From: Salinispira sp.
Lineage (GTDB): Bacteria; Spirochaetota; Spirochaetia; DSM-27196; Salinispiraceae
DNA length: 64,000 bases
Direction of reading: 5' to 3'
Assembly (NCBI GenBank): GCA_965602015.1
Contig: OZ271918.1
Coordinates: 3,456,001-3,520,000, forward strand
In this document: piece after piece, positions 19,169 through 28,701 of the stretch
Numbering within the stretch: position 1 is the first letter of the stretch
How the letters are laid out: the number at the start of each line of letters is the position of its first letter
Notes under the pieces: model-generated
Told to the model about the DNA's origin: nothing
Databases searched by the model: none
Seen by the model: only the letters and a program-made list of their open reading frames with translations
Made by a program: the position numbers and the translations under genes

Positions 19169-19372
19169 ATGGAAGACCGCATAATCAAACTTGAAACAAA
19201 GGTCGCCTATCTCGAACACAGTATTTCAGAACTCAGCGATGTCATGGCTGAGCAGAACCAATCGGTGACTGATCTTCAGAAAAAGCTCGAGGTTTTGATC
19301 GGGATGTACCGCCGGCTCAAAGAAGACGGGGAAGGCGGCGAGATGCCTCATGAAAGACCGCCCCACTACTAA
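19169..19372 (+). CDS. slyX: SlyX family protein
   Basis: RIIKLETKVAYLE...ERPPHY C-terminus. Confidence 0.92.
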   Translation: MEDRIIKLETKVAYLEHSISELSDVMAEQNQSVTDLQKKLEVLIGMYRRLKEDGEGGEMPHERPPHY

Positions 19373-19415
19373 TGCGCCCTTGCCAAAGCATCCGGCTAGG
19401 GGTACAACTACAACA

Positions 19416-19574
19416 AGGCTCTAACGGAAAGCGGTGAGAATCCGCTGCGGACGCGCCACTGTAACCGGATACCGGAAAATCGTTTTGCCACTGGGACACT
19501 GGGAAGGCTGATTTTCCACAACGGCATCGCATCTAATGCTGCGCCACGGACCGGAAGCCAGGAGACGGGAGCCT
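19416..19574 (+). ncRNA. Cobalamin riboswitch
   Basis: GGAAAGCGGTG-AGAATCCGC, GCCACTGT, GCCACTG...GGGAAGGC, B12 box GAAGCCAGGAGAC; AGGCTC/GAGCCT closing stem; upstream of an ABC uptake operon. Confidence 0.92.
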
Positions 19575-19619
19575 CCGTACATCAATACCCTGTACGCGTA
19601 CATTATACAGGAGTAGCCC

Positions 19620-20633
19620 ATGAACAGGAAATTCAGGGTAATTCTCTTACTGTCATTATCACTTCTTATCAGCGTCTCTCTTTTTGCCGGGGGACAGAGC
19701 GAACCAAATGCGGCGGCCGAAGGGCCTGCAGCAGAGCAAACCGTCGGGGAATCAGTACAATTCCCCATGACGGTCACCGACGGCCTCGGGAATGAAATGG
19801 TCATTGAACGCCTCCCCGAGCGCATTGCGAGCTTGACACTGTTCAGCGATGAGGTTCTCTTTGAGCTCGTCGGTCCCGAGCGGCTGGCTGCAGTTACCTT
19901 CCTGGCAAGCGATCCGGTGTACTCGAATATCGCCGATCAGGCAGATGTGTTTTCCGTCCAGCTCGACCTTAACGTCGAGGCCCTTATCGACATTTTTCCC
20001 GACATCATTTTCACTGCCGACTGGAGCGATGCGGCAAAGGTCGAACAACTGCGCCAGGCGGGCCTTACAGTCTATGCCTTGAGCACGCCTTTTACCATTG
20101 AAGGCATTCAGCGGGAGATTCTTCAGCTGGGAACCATCGTCGGAGCGGAGGATGAGGCCCGGAATCTCATCGATGAAATGAACCGCAGCCTGGACGACCT
20201 TCGGGAGACCGTCGACGGAGCAATCAGCGCGGGAACCGTCGGGACCCGGCGGGTAATGGATTACAGCACCTGGGGCAGCGCAAGCGGAGTCGATACCACC
20301 TTTCAGGCCATGCTTGATGCCGCCGGAGCGGTGAATGCGGTGGCGGAACTCGAAGCCGGCGACTTCGGGCAGGTTCCGGTGTCCAAGGAAGTACTCGTCG
20401 AGCAAAACCCCGACGTCCTGGTTCTTCCGGGGTTTATCTGGGGAGACCCCGACGGCGCTGAGAATTTCCTCGAGGAGACCACCGGTGATCCGGCGCTTGC
20501 CGGCGTTGCCGCTGTGGTGGAAGGCAGGACCTTCCTCATGCCCGAACATCTCAAATCGACCTACAGTCAGTACATCGTGGACGGGATCTACTTCCTCGCC
20601 GAAAACGTCTATCCCGAAGCCTTTGCGGAGTAG
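19620..20633 (+). CDS. btuF: Cobalamin ABC transporter substrate-binding protein
   Basis: FAGGQSE signal peptide, TVTDGLG...PERIASL, E..VEQNPDV; under a B12 riboswitch. Confidence 0.85.
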   Translation: MNRKFRVILLLSLSLLISVSLFAGGQSEPNAAAEGPAAEQTVGESVQFPMTVTDGLGNEMVIERLPERIASLTLFSDEVLFELVGPERLAAVTFLASDPVYSNIADQADVFSVQLDLNVEALIDIFPDIIFTADWSDAAKVEQLRQAGLTVYALSTPFTIEGIQREILQLGTIVGAEDEARNLIDEMNRSLDDLRETVDGAISAGTVGTRRVMDYSTWGSASGVDTTFQAMLDAAGAVNAVAELEAGDFGQVPVSKEVLVEQNPDVLVLPGFIWGDPDGAENFLEETTGDPALAGVAAVVEGRTFLMPEHLKSTYSQYIVDGIYFLAENVYPEAFAE

Positions 20634-20636
20634 AGC

Positions 20637-21668
20637 TTGATCCGGTCTTCTCAATTTCCGCTGATAATGACCATTCTGTTTGTTGCGGCGGGAATCGTTC
20701 TTTTATTATCTGTCGCCCTGGGGGCCGTGTCCCTTCCCCCGGGGCAGATTATTTCTGTCTTCCTCCAAAAAATCACCGGCGAGGCGGACCCGGCCCTGCG
20801 TCGGGTTGAAGCCATAGCCTGGTATATCCGCCTGCCCAGGACGCTTGCGGCGTTTTTCGCCGGTACGGCCCTGGCGCTGAGCGGCGCGGCGGTTCAGGGA
20901 GTGTTTCGCAATCCCATGGCAAGCCCGGATATTCTCGGTATTTCCGCCGGCAGCAGCTTTGGTGCCGTTACGGCGATTACCCTGGGTGTGGCAATGCGCA
21001 ACTCGCTGAACCTGCCGGCATTCGCCTTCGCCGGGGCCCTGGGTGCCGCGGCCTTTGTCTACCTCATTGGGTCTGACCGGGGGCGCAGCCACCTCCTGTT
21101 TGTCATTTTGGCGGGCCTGGCGGTCAGCAGCTTTCTCAACGGACTGGTTTCAGCCCTGCTCCTTTTTTCCGAACGCTATGAGATGTCGCTGTTCCTGTTC
21201 TGGACCATGGGGGGCGTGGAAGGCGCACGGTTCGATGCCCTTTTGGTTCCCCTTCCGGTTATACTTATCGGGTCGTTCCTGCTTTTGCGGATGGGTCGGC
21301 CGCTTAATCTTCTCGCCCTGGGCGACGAGCAGGCCCACAGTCTCGGGCTGCCGGTTCAGCGGAGCAAACTGGCCGTGTTGGCGTTGGCTTCTCTGCTTAC
21401 CGCAATGGCCATTGCCCTGGCGGGGCCTGTGGGCTTTGTCGGGCTCATGATCCCCCATCTTGTGCGCATACTCATCGGATCCAATCACATCCGGCTCTTG
21501 CCGGCGTCGGCCCTCGCGGGGGGCATTTTCCTGACATTCAGCGATATTATCGGACGGATTATTCTGCCGCCCTATGAAATCAAAACCGGTATAATTACGG
21601 CGCTTATCGGCGGTCCGTATTTTATTTTCCTGATCATCCGCTATCAGCGGAAGGGACGTCTGATTTGA
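20637..21668 (+). CDS. btuC: Cobalamin ABC transporter permease (FecCD family)
   Basis: IRLPR, QGVFRNPMASPDILG, LGDEQAHSLG, GFVGLMIPH. Confidence 0.9.
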   Translation: MIRSSQFPLIMTILFVAAGIVLLLSVALGAVSLPPGQIISVFLQKITGEADPALRRVEAIAWYIRLPRTLAAFFAGTALALSGAAVQGVFRNPMASPDILGISAGSSFGAVTAITLGVAMRNSLNLPAFAFAGALGAAAFVYLIGSDRGRSHLLFVILAGLAVSSFLNGLVSALLLFSERYEMSLFLFWTMGGVEGARFDALLVPLPVILIGSFLLLRMGRPLNLLALGDEQAHSLGLPVQRSKLAVLALASLLTAMAIALAGPVGFVGLMIPHLVRILIGSNHIRLLPASALAGGIFLTFSDIIGRIILPPYEIKTGIITALIGGPYFIFLIIRYQRKGRLI

Positions 21669-22906
21669 GCGGAGCTGAGTACCTTATTGAAACCCGCAAT
21701 CTTCGCTGCAGTCTCCAGGGAAACGAAATCCTCCGGGGAGTCGACCTGCGCTTGGGCGAAGGAGAGGTTTTAGGCCTCATCGGGCCGAACGGTGCGGGCA
21801 AAAGTACCCTGCTCAAGGCGTTGATGGGCTACTATCCCTCAGAGGGTTCGATTACCCTTTCCGGAACGCCCCTCGGGAATCTCAGCGGCGAGGGCAGGGC
21901 GCAGTTATTGTCCTATGTCTCGCAGCAGGGCCCTGATCAGCTTTCGTTCAGCGCCCTGGAAGTGGTGGAAATGGGCGCCTACGGACAGGGCGGACTGTTC
22001 GGCCGATCGAGATACGATGATTGTGAACAGGCCCTCCGCAGTCTGGAATACGTGGGCATGGGAGCCTTCGCCGATCGGGATTTTTCTACCCTCTCGGGAG
22101 GCGAACGCCAGCTGGTTCTGTTCGCCCGGGTCCTGCTGCAGGATGCTCCGGTCCTTCTCCTCGACGAACCGACGGCAAACCTCGATATCGGCCATGAACA
22201 GGCCGTGCTGGAAATGGTGGATGAGCTGCGAGGCGAGGGCAAATCGACGGTAATTGCAATACACAATCTCAACCTGGCTGCGGAATACTGCGACCGGCTT
22301 ATCCTTCTGGAAGCCGGAAGGGTTAAGGAGTCGGGACCTCCGGAAGACGTTCTTACACCGGAAAATATCCGCGATGCATACGGCAGAGAGGTTCATATTG
22401 ACCGGAATCAGGCAAGCGGAAGCCTCACGGTAACTCCCATACGAAAGTTTCCCGCAGGAGGCGCAAAGCGCATTCATATTATCGGCGGGGCCGGAAGCGG
22501 CGTGAATCTCACCAGGCTGCTGCTCAGGCAGGGCTATGAGGTAAGCGGCGGAGTTGCCCATCGTCTGGACTCCGATGCCCGGCTGTGGCAGAGTCTTTCC
22601 ATTGAATCGGTGGTTGTCGATGCCTTCGATGAAATTGACGATGCGTCCTATGCCAGGGCTGCAGATCTTGCCGGTCGGGCGGATTACGTCATACTGGCGG
22701 CCTTTCCCGTCGGCAGCGGCAATCGCAGGAATCTGGAATTGGCCGCATCCTTTGCAGACAGGCTGATCATTCTCGATGACCATACGCGCAGTTTTTACGG
22801 CGATGGTCTTCAATCCCTTTTTGAATCCATTCGGCCGTGGGGACGGGTGTTCCGCAGCTCTGAAGTTCTGGATTTACTGGGCGGCGTCTCCCCGAAGGGC
22901 GGATGA
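21665..22906 (+). CDS. btuD: Cobalamin ABC transporter ATPase with C-terminal extension
   Basis: GPNGAGKS, LSGGERQ, LLDEPT, HNLNLA; extra ~150-aa domain starting IHIIGGAGSG. Confidence 0.88.
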   Translation: MSGAEYLIETRNLRCSLQGNEILRGVDLRLGEGEVLGLIGPNGAGKSTLLKALMGYYPSEGSITLSGTPLGNLSGEGRAQLLSYVSQQGPDQLSFSALEVVEMGAYGQGGLFGRSRYDDCEQALRSLEYVGMGAFADRDFSTLSGGERQLVLFARVLLQDAPVLLLDEPTANLDIGHEQAVLEMVDELRGEGKSTVIAIHNLNLAAEYCDRLILLEAGRVKESGPPEDVLTPENIRDAYGREVHIDRNQASGSLTVTPIRKFPAGGAKRIHIIGGAGSGVNLTRLLLRQGYEVSGGVAHRLDSDARLWQSLSIESVVVDAFDEIDDASYARAADLAGRADYVILAAFPVGSGNRRNLELAASFADRLIILDDHTRSFYGDGLQSLFESIRPWGRVFRSSEVLDLLGGVSPKGG

Positions 22907-23509
22907 GTCCCGCAAATCTTCAATCAAGGTCCTGATTGCCGCTTCCAGCCCCGCGGCCATCATGTGCACACTCATAAACGGCACGTGGGCGGACTTTTCT
23001 GCCGCCTGACTGCTGCTGTAAGGCAGATGAATGAAGCCCGAGGCCAAGCCGCCATGGATATGCCGCAGATGATAAAAAACCGAGTTGCAGACGAAGGTGC
23101 CTGCGCTGTAACTCAGATGCGCCGGAATACCCTTGGCGCGGATCGCCTCCTCCATTGCTCTCAACGGCAGGTTAGAAAAGTAGGCCTCAGGTCCCGTTGG
23201 ATACATCGCCGCATCCCGGGGTTGATTCCCCGCATTGTCGGGAATGCGGGCGTCCTGAATATTTATCGCCACCCGTTCAAGACTGATCTTCCCCCTGCCC
23301 TCGGCCTGACCGGTGCAGATTACCGCGTCGGGCCCAATCTCACTGATTGCGGCGTCGAGCACTTCTATGCTCCGCAGAAATTCCGTCGGGATAGTTCGTT
23401 TTTCGATCCGTTCGCCGGAAATCTCCCCCGGAAGAAGTGAAACGGCGGCAGAGCTGGGGTTTTCGCTTTCACCCCCGAAGGGATCGAAGCCGGTAATCAG
23501 AATTGTCAT
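22874..23509 (-). CDS. pcp: Pyroglutamyl-peptidase I
   Basis: ILITGFDPFGG..NPS, ERVAIN, SAGTFVCN, GFIHLP. Confidence 0.95.
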   Translation of the reverse strand: MTILITGFDPFGGESENPSSAAVSLLPGEISGERIEKRTIPTEFLRSIEVLDAAISEIGPDAVICTGQAEGRGKISLERVAINIQDARIPDNAGNQPRDAAMYPTGPEAYFSNLPLRAMEEAIRAKGIPAHLSYSAGTFVCNSVFYHLRHIHGGLASGFIHLPYSSSQAAEKSAHVPFMSVHMMAAGLEAAIRTLIEDLRDSSALRGDAAQ

Positions 23510-23636
23510 GACGATTCTCCGGATATGCCAAAGGAAGTTGTCCCCAGCATAGCACCCCAATCCCGCCGTTAGCAATGTTCAGCCTTCAGGATGTGAACTC
23601 TTGTGCCCGGTTTACCGGGGGCATATACTCGATTAT

Positions 23637-25913
23637 ATGAGTTGGCTTACACAGGCCGGGGATTTGATTCGCCGGCTCCGCGCTGGCGGAAAAGCAGAGA
23701 AAACCGGTGAAAACCAGGCCGTAACCGCCGAATATGCTCCATCGGGCAGCAGTTCTGAAGTCGGTACGGTATCACGAACCCTGGGTACCTTTGGCGGCGT
23801 TTTCACCCCGAGTTTTCTCACGATTATCGGCGTAATCATGTACCTCCGATTCAGCTGGGTAGTGGCCAATGCAGGGCTGTGGCACACACTGCTCATCGTT
23901 ATTCTGGCAAACGTTATCACCTTTATTACCGCCTTGTCGGTTTCAAGCATCGCCTCAAACGAACGGATGGAAACCGGAGGCGCGTACTTCATGGTCAGCC
24001 GGGTGCTGGGTTATCAGGCCGGAGGGGGCATCGGAATACCGCTGTATCTCAGCCAGGCACTTTCGATAGCCCTATACATCATCGGTTTTGCCGAGAGTCT
24101 GAACAATCTGCTGCCGACCTTTCCAATCAGGCTGGTTTCGCTGATCAGCCTCGGGGTGCTGACCCTGGTATCCCTCTTCGGAGCCGGAGTTATGGTCAAG
24201 GTCCAGTACGGTATTTTTGCAGTGATCCTGCTGAGCTTCGTCTCCATAATCGCCGGAATCCGGCCCCCGTCCGGGCCTGCGGTGCTCGAGCCCGCCTATG
24301 CTGCCGGAGAGAATTTCTGGGGCGTCTTCGCCGTTTTTTTTCCCGCAGTAACCGGAATACTGGCGGGAGTTTCCATGTCCGGGGATCTGAAGGAACCGGC
24401 AAAGAGCATTCCCCGGGGAACCCTCCTTGCCGTCATAATCGGCTTCACGGTGTACATGCTTGTGCCGGTTTTCCTGGCCTTCAGCCTTCCCCGGGCCGAG
24501 CTGTACGCATCCTCGGCGTTGGGAAGCGCGGCGCGCTGGCCGTTCCTGGTCAGCCTGGGGGTGTTCGGGGCGACCTTAAGTTCCGCCATCGGTAGTTTGA
24601 TGGGCGCCCCCCGCACCATGCAGGCTCTGGGCAACGACGGAATCCTTCCGAAATTCCTGAGCAAAGGGGCGGGAAGAACCAACGAACCGCTTGTGGCCCT
24701 CGCGTTCTCCCTTGCTCTTTCATTTGTGGTGCTGCTAATAGGCGACCTCAATATGATTGCGGAAATTCTCACCATGTTTTTCCTCACGACATACGGGGTT
24801 CTTAATTTCTCCGCGGCTCTGGAGCGCTTTGTTGATAATCCTTCATTCAGACCGGCGCTGAAAATTCACTGGTCGATAAATCTCCTGGGCGGCCTCGGCT
24901 GCTTTGCGGTTATGTATCTCATCAGTCCCGTATCCATGCTCATTGCTCTGGCCCTGGTGGCCGTGGTGTTTTTCCTGGTGGGAAGAAGCGGCCGTGGTCC
25001 CGTGGGTTCCGGGGGCTTGTGGGAAGGGTTTTGGACCCGGGCATTCTTCGCGGTTTCCCACCGTATGGCTAAAGCCCGCAGCAGTTCGGGGAAAAACTGG
25101 CGTCCGATGATTCAGGTTTTCGCCTCGGAGACCGAGTCCCATCTCGAGCTGGTGGAAACCGCTGCGCTGCTGACCAGCAGAGGCGGCAGCCTGTCCGCCT
25201 ATGCCATGATCGAAGCGGCGAAACGGGGAGAACGGGAAGCGGTCCTTCGGGATATGGAGCAGTTGGTCGGCCGCTGGGGTACGGGCAACGCATTCGTGAG
25301 CGTCGTTGAAACCGCAAACATGTACAACGGCGTAGCGGTTGCCAGTCAGGCATCGGGGTTCGCCGCGGCGCTGCACAACACTGTTATGCTGGGTCTACCG
25401 GGTAACGATAAGAATGACCGGCAGTATCTCGACCTGCTCATTCAACTGGTTCACATCGACCGGAATATCCTACTGTTTAAGCGGGGAAGCGTTCGTTGGA
25501 CCGATAACGGCGGCCGTATTCAGGTGTGGTGGGGCGGTTTACAGACCAATGTGCGGCTAATGCTGATTCTCGCATATCTGCTTCAGCAAAATCTCGAAAT
25601 CCACCGCACAATTTCCCTGGCGACCATTGTGTCCGAAGAGGATCAGGTGGCTACCGCCCGGGATCAATTGGAGAAGACGCTAAAGGATCTCAGGCTCCGT
25701 GGAGAAACCAGGATAATTATCAACAGCGAGAAAAAGCCTATTCCCGAGGTCATCAGGGAGGAATCGGAGGACGCATCAATGGTACTGCTGGGCATGGCCC
25801 GACCTGATGAAAACATGAAGGGAAGCTATATCAACCAGTTGAGAAATGCATCTGGGAGAATGAATGCAACCCTTTACGTACTTCACAATATTCGAAACCA
25901 GGACTATGAGTAA
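23637..25913 (+). CDS. Cation-chloride cotransporter (SLC12)-like APC permease
   Basis: LGTFGGVFTP..LTIIGVIMYLR, GGAYFMVSR, FFPAVTGILAG.SMSGDLK.P, KNWRP C-terminal domain. Confidence 0.88.
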   Translation: MSWLTQAGDLIRRLRAGGKAEKTGENQAVTAEYAPSGSSSEVGTVSRTLGTFGGVFTPSFLTIIGVIMYLRFSWVVANAGLWHTLLIVILANVITFITALSVSSIASNERMETGGAYFMVSRVLGYQAGGGIGIPLYLSQALSIALYIIGFAESLNNLLPTFPIRLVSLISLGVLTLVSLFGAGVMVKVQYGIFAVILLSFVSIIAGIRPPSGPAVLEPAYAAGENFWGVFAVFFPAVTGILAGVSMSGDLKEPAKSIPRGTLLAVIIGFTVYMLVPVFLAFSLPRAELYASSALGSAARWPFLVSLGVFGATLSSAIGSLMGAPRTMQALGNDGILPKFLSKGAGRTNEPLVALAFSLALSFVVLLIGDLNMIAEILTMFFLTTYGVLNFSAALERFVDNPSFRPALKIHWSINLLGGLGCFAVMYLISPVSMLIALALVAVVFFLVGRSGRGPVGSGGLWEGFWTRAFFAVSHRMAKARSSSGKNWRPMIQVFASETESHLELVETAALLTSRGGSLSAYAMIEAAKRGEREAVLRDMEQLVGRWGTGNAFVSVVETANMYNGVAVASQASGFAAALHNTVMLGLPGNDKNDRQYLDLLIQLVHIDRNILLFKRGSVRWTDNGGRIQVWWGGLQTNVRLMLILAYLLQQNLEIHRTISLATIVSEEDQVATARDQLEKTLKDLRLRGETRIIINSEKKPIPEVIREESEDASMVLLGMARPDENMKGSYINQLRNASGRMNATLYVLHNIRNQDYE

Positions 25914-25986
25914 GAATTTTATCTTACCGAGTCTGGATAGTAAAAATAAGCACTTTTTGTTGTGTAATATATTAAACTATTGCTGT

Positions 25987-26424
25987 ATGGCATTTACATC
26001 CCACGGTAAATACGAGGTTTCGGTAAAAAAACGGCTCCTGGTGGTGGATGCCACCGGACCATGGAATCTCGAAGCGGCGCAAAGGTTCGACGGCCTCGTA
26101 CGTTCCCAGGTGTCAGAGAAATTGGACAGCGGCTCAAGCTGGGGGATGATAGCCTTACTCCACGGTCAGAGCATATACACCCAGGAGGCTACTCCTATCC
26201 TGGAAGAACTTCACCCGTGGAGGGTAGCACACGGACTTCGGCATATCGCGATAGTCCACAGCGACAGTGACCCCGATGTGAATTCCCTTACCAATTATCA
26301 GTTCGACCGAATCTATGAATCCGATAGTTCCCGGCGCTGCGTCACCCGCTATTTTACAAATAAAAAGGAAGCGTTCAAATGGCTTGGCAGCTTTGGTTAT
26401 CTCGATAAAAACGACCTGCTTTGA
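25987..26424 (+). CDS. Hypothetical protein (STAS/SEC14-like)
   Basis: HGKY...GPWN.E...F...EAFKWL pattern. Confidence 0.6.
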   Translation: MAFTSHGKYEVSVKKRLLVVDATGPWNLEAAQRFDGLVRSQVSEKLDSGSSWGMIALLHGQSIYTQEATPILEELHPWRVAHGLRHIAIVHSDSDPDVNSLTNYQFDRIYESDSSRRCVTRYFTNKKEAFKWLGSFGYLDKNDLL

Positions 26425-26543
26425 AATTATGTAGATGTACCACAGGCCTTATGAAAATCTGATAAAATTTGCCCCTCTGGAAAAATATCCGTAAATTACA
26501 GCTCAGAAACGATTTACGAACGCAAATTATTGGCGGAGGAATA

Positions 26544-27005
26544 ATGAAGAAAATAACCGTACTGTTTGTAATGCTTCTGACCGCATCGTGTATAGTCGCT
26601 CAAGTTTCCGACGATGCCGTGGTGTGGACTGGAGAAATGATTGAGTTTGTCAAAGCCGACGATGCTAATCCCGGTCAGGAAGCTAACCAGGACCGTATTA
26701 CTGAAAACCTGTGGATTACCCGGGGAAACAGCGGCGGGCAAATCTACAATGCCGCTGAAGAGCGGCGAGCCAACTCCCGCAATAGCCCCGCGAATACCCT
26801 GTGGGCATTGGGTACCACCGATGAGCTTGAGGATTTGAACTTTCGACCCTTCAGAGCGGCTGTTGGCAAACCCCAAAATGTCGTCGGCAGGGAGCTTGTA
26901 ATGCACGTTGTTTCCGAGGATATTTACATCGATGTTGTCTTCACTTCATGGTCGAGAAGCAAGGCCGGCGGTTTTAGCTATATGCGGAGCACCCCTGCAG
27001 AATAG
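26544..27005 (+). CDS. Secreted hypothetical protein
   Basis: GGAGG RBS, signal peptide, NQDRITENLWITRG...GGFSY.RST. Confidence 0.75.
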   Translation: MKKITVLFVMLLTASCIVAQVSDDAVVWTGEMIEFVKADDANPGQEANQDRITENLWITRGNSGGQIYNAAEERRANSRNSPANTLWALGTTDELEDLNFRPFRAAVGKPQNVVGRELVMHVVSEDIYIDVVFTSWSRSKAGGFSYMRSTPAE

Positions 27006-27020
27006 TAAGCAGCCATGCAA

Positions 27021-27062
27021 AAGAAACGCGCGCCGTTGAGTATTCGGCGCGCATTTTTTTTT
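27021..27062 (+). terminator. Intrinsic terminator, probably bidirectional
   Basis: GCGCGCCG...CGGCGCGC stem followed by a T-run. Confidence 0.8.
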
Positions 27063-27070
27063 CGTATTGA

Positions 27071-27157
27071 CGGAGAGAGGGAGATTCGAACTCCCGGTAC
27101 AGCAAGCTGCACACCTGATTTCGAGTCAGGCCCGTTCGACCACTCCGGCATCTCTCC
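27071..27157 (-). tRNA. tRNA-Ser(CGA)
   Basis: GGAGAGA acceptor, CCTGA-CTCGAAA-TCAGG anticodon arm, long variable arm, GTTCGAATC T-loop; CCA not encoded. Confidence 0.96.
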
Positions 27158-27298
27158 AGTGATCTATGTATCAGAAAACCAAATGTACAACAGAACGGTG
27201 AAAACCGCAATCACCGCAAAAAATGCCGTCCCCCTGTCACTGAGAGGACGGCGTGCTTCTACCGCTGTATGAATTGGCGATGAATTGTGCTAGCCATA

Positions 27299-28309
27299 TT
27301 ATGTGCTGGCGATCTGAAAATCCATCTGGGCGGGTTTGGTCTGCATGATGTCTTCGATGCTGTCCAAAACGTCCTGGCTGAGCTTTTCGACGAGATCAAG
27401 GGCTTTGAGATTTTCCTCGAGCTGGGAAACCCGGCTGGCGCCGGTGATTACCGTGCTGACATTCGCATTTTTTAGGCACCAGGCAAGTGCGAGATGCGCC
27501 CGGCTGGTACCCAGGTCATCGGCGACCTTCTTTAAATCCCGAACCTTGGCGAGCTTTTGTTTGCCTTCGTCGCTTTCAAACATTTCCTTCAGCCATTCAT
27601 AGCCCGGGAGATTCAGGCGTGAATCTTCGGGGATTCCGCTGTCGTATTTCCCCGTCAGTACTCCCGAAGCAAGCGGGGACCAGATGGTGGTTCCCAGACC
27701 GATGGCATCGTAGAGCCGGGCGTATTCCACTTCAAAGCGATAGCGTTCGAAAAGGTTGTACTGGGGCTGCTCCATTGTCGGGGGGATGAGGTTAAACTGC
27801 CGGGCTACAGAGTATGCTTCCATAAGCTGCTGAGCCGACCACTCGCTGGTTCCCCAGTATCGAACCTTGCCCTGCTGGATCAGCTCTGTCATTGATCGAA
27901 CCACTTCCTCCATGGGAATTCTGGGGTCCGGGCGGTGACAGAAGTACAGGTCGAGATGATCGACTTGAAGCCGTTCCATAGCTTGGTGGCATCCATCGTA
28001 AATATGGACCCTGCTCAGGCCGCGCTGGTTGGGGTTCGGCTTGTCTACCACGCCGCCGTACACCTTGCTCGAGACCAAAAAACTGTCTCTGCGCAGTCCA
28101 AGTTTCTTGAACGCCTCGCCCATTACCAGTTCCGACTTGCCCCGTTCATAGACTTCCGCATTGTCGAAAAAATTCACGCCGGCGTCATATGCGGTCTTAA
28201 TCATATCAGCCGCCAGGTCGACATCGGCCTGCTTGCTGAATGTCACCCAGGAGCCGAACGAGAGCTCGCTGACATATGCCCCGGATTTTCCAAGAGATCG
28301 GTATTTCAT
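27299..28309 (-). CDS. Aldo/keto reductase, Kv-beta-like
   Basis: FGSWVTF, FFDNAEVY, YWGTSEWS, WSPLASG. Confidence 0.93.
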   Translation of the reverse strand: MKYRSLGKSGAYVSELSFGSWVTFSKQADVDLAADMIKTAYDAGVNFFDNAEVYERGKSELVMGEAFKKLGLRRDSFLVSSKVYGGVVDKPNPNQRGLSRVHIYDGCHQAMERLQVDHLDLYFCHRPDPRIPMEEVVRSMTELIQQGKVRYWGTSEWSAQQLMEAYSVARQFNLIPPTMEQPQYNLFERYRFEVEYARLYDAIGLGTTIWSPLASGVLTGKYDSGIPEDSRLNLPGYEWLKEMFESDEGKQKLAKVRDLKKVADDLGTSRAHLALAWCLKNANVSTVITGASRVSQLEENLKALDLVEKLSQDVLDSIEDIMQTKPAQMDFQIAST

Positions 28310-28362
28310 GTATTCCTCCAGGTGACAATATATTCCCGCGCTTCACCCGGGGCAAATGTCCC

Positions 28363-28647
28363 TTACTGCTCTTCGACGATTACAATGGCGTTGTAAATGA
28401 TGGTCCGCTTGCCGTCCAGATCGAAGAGGACCTTATTGCCGAATTCCGTGGACTCAACGTCGATTCGCCCTTCGTAGGTTCGAAGGAGTTCCCCATTCTG
28501 ACCGTAAACCGAAACCACCCGGTTGAGGCCGGTAACCGACGAGCTGAAATCCTTCATGGATCGGGACCACTCTTCGCAGCCGCTTACGCCAATAAGCAGG
28601 ACGGCGACCAGGGCGATCAGCTTGAAATACGTAATTCTTTGTTTCAT
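28363..28647 (-). CDS. Small lipoprotein (DUF5052-like)
   Basis: VSGC lipobox; GLNR..VY...G...YEG..D...FD..GKR..IYNA. Confidence 0.7.
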   Translation of the reverse strand: MKQRITYFKLIALVAVLLIGVSGCEEWSRSMKDFSSSVTGLNRVVSVYGQNGELLRTYEGRIDVESTEFGNKVLFDLDGKRTIIYNAIVIVEEQ

Positions 28648-28701
28648 TGATATCTCCTGCGGGCTGTACCGCCTGGCGCAGGAGATTATTCATTCACAAT
28701 G

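Noticed and set aside
27071..27157. tRNA-Sec or suppressor tRNA
   Set aside because: Anticodon is CGA with a normal 7-bp acceptor stem
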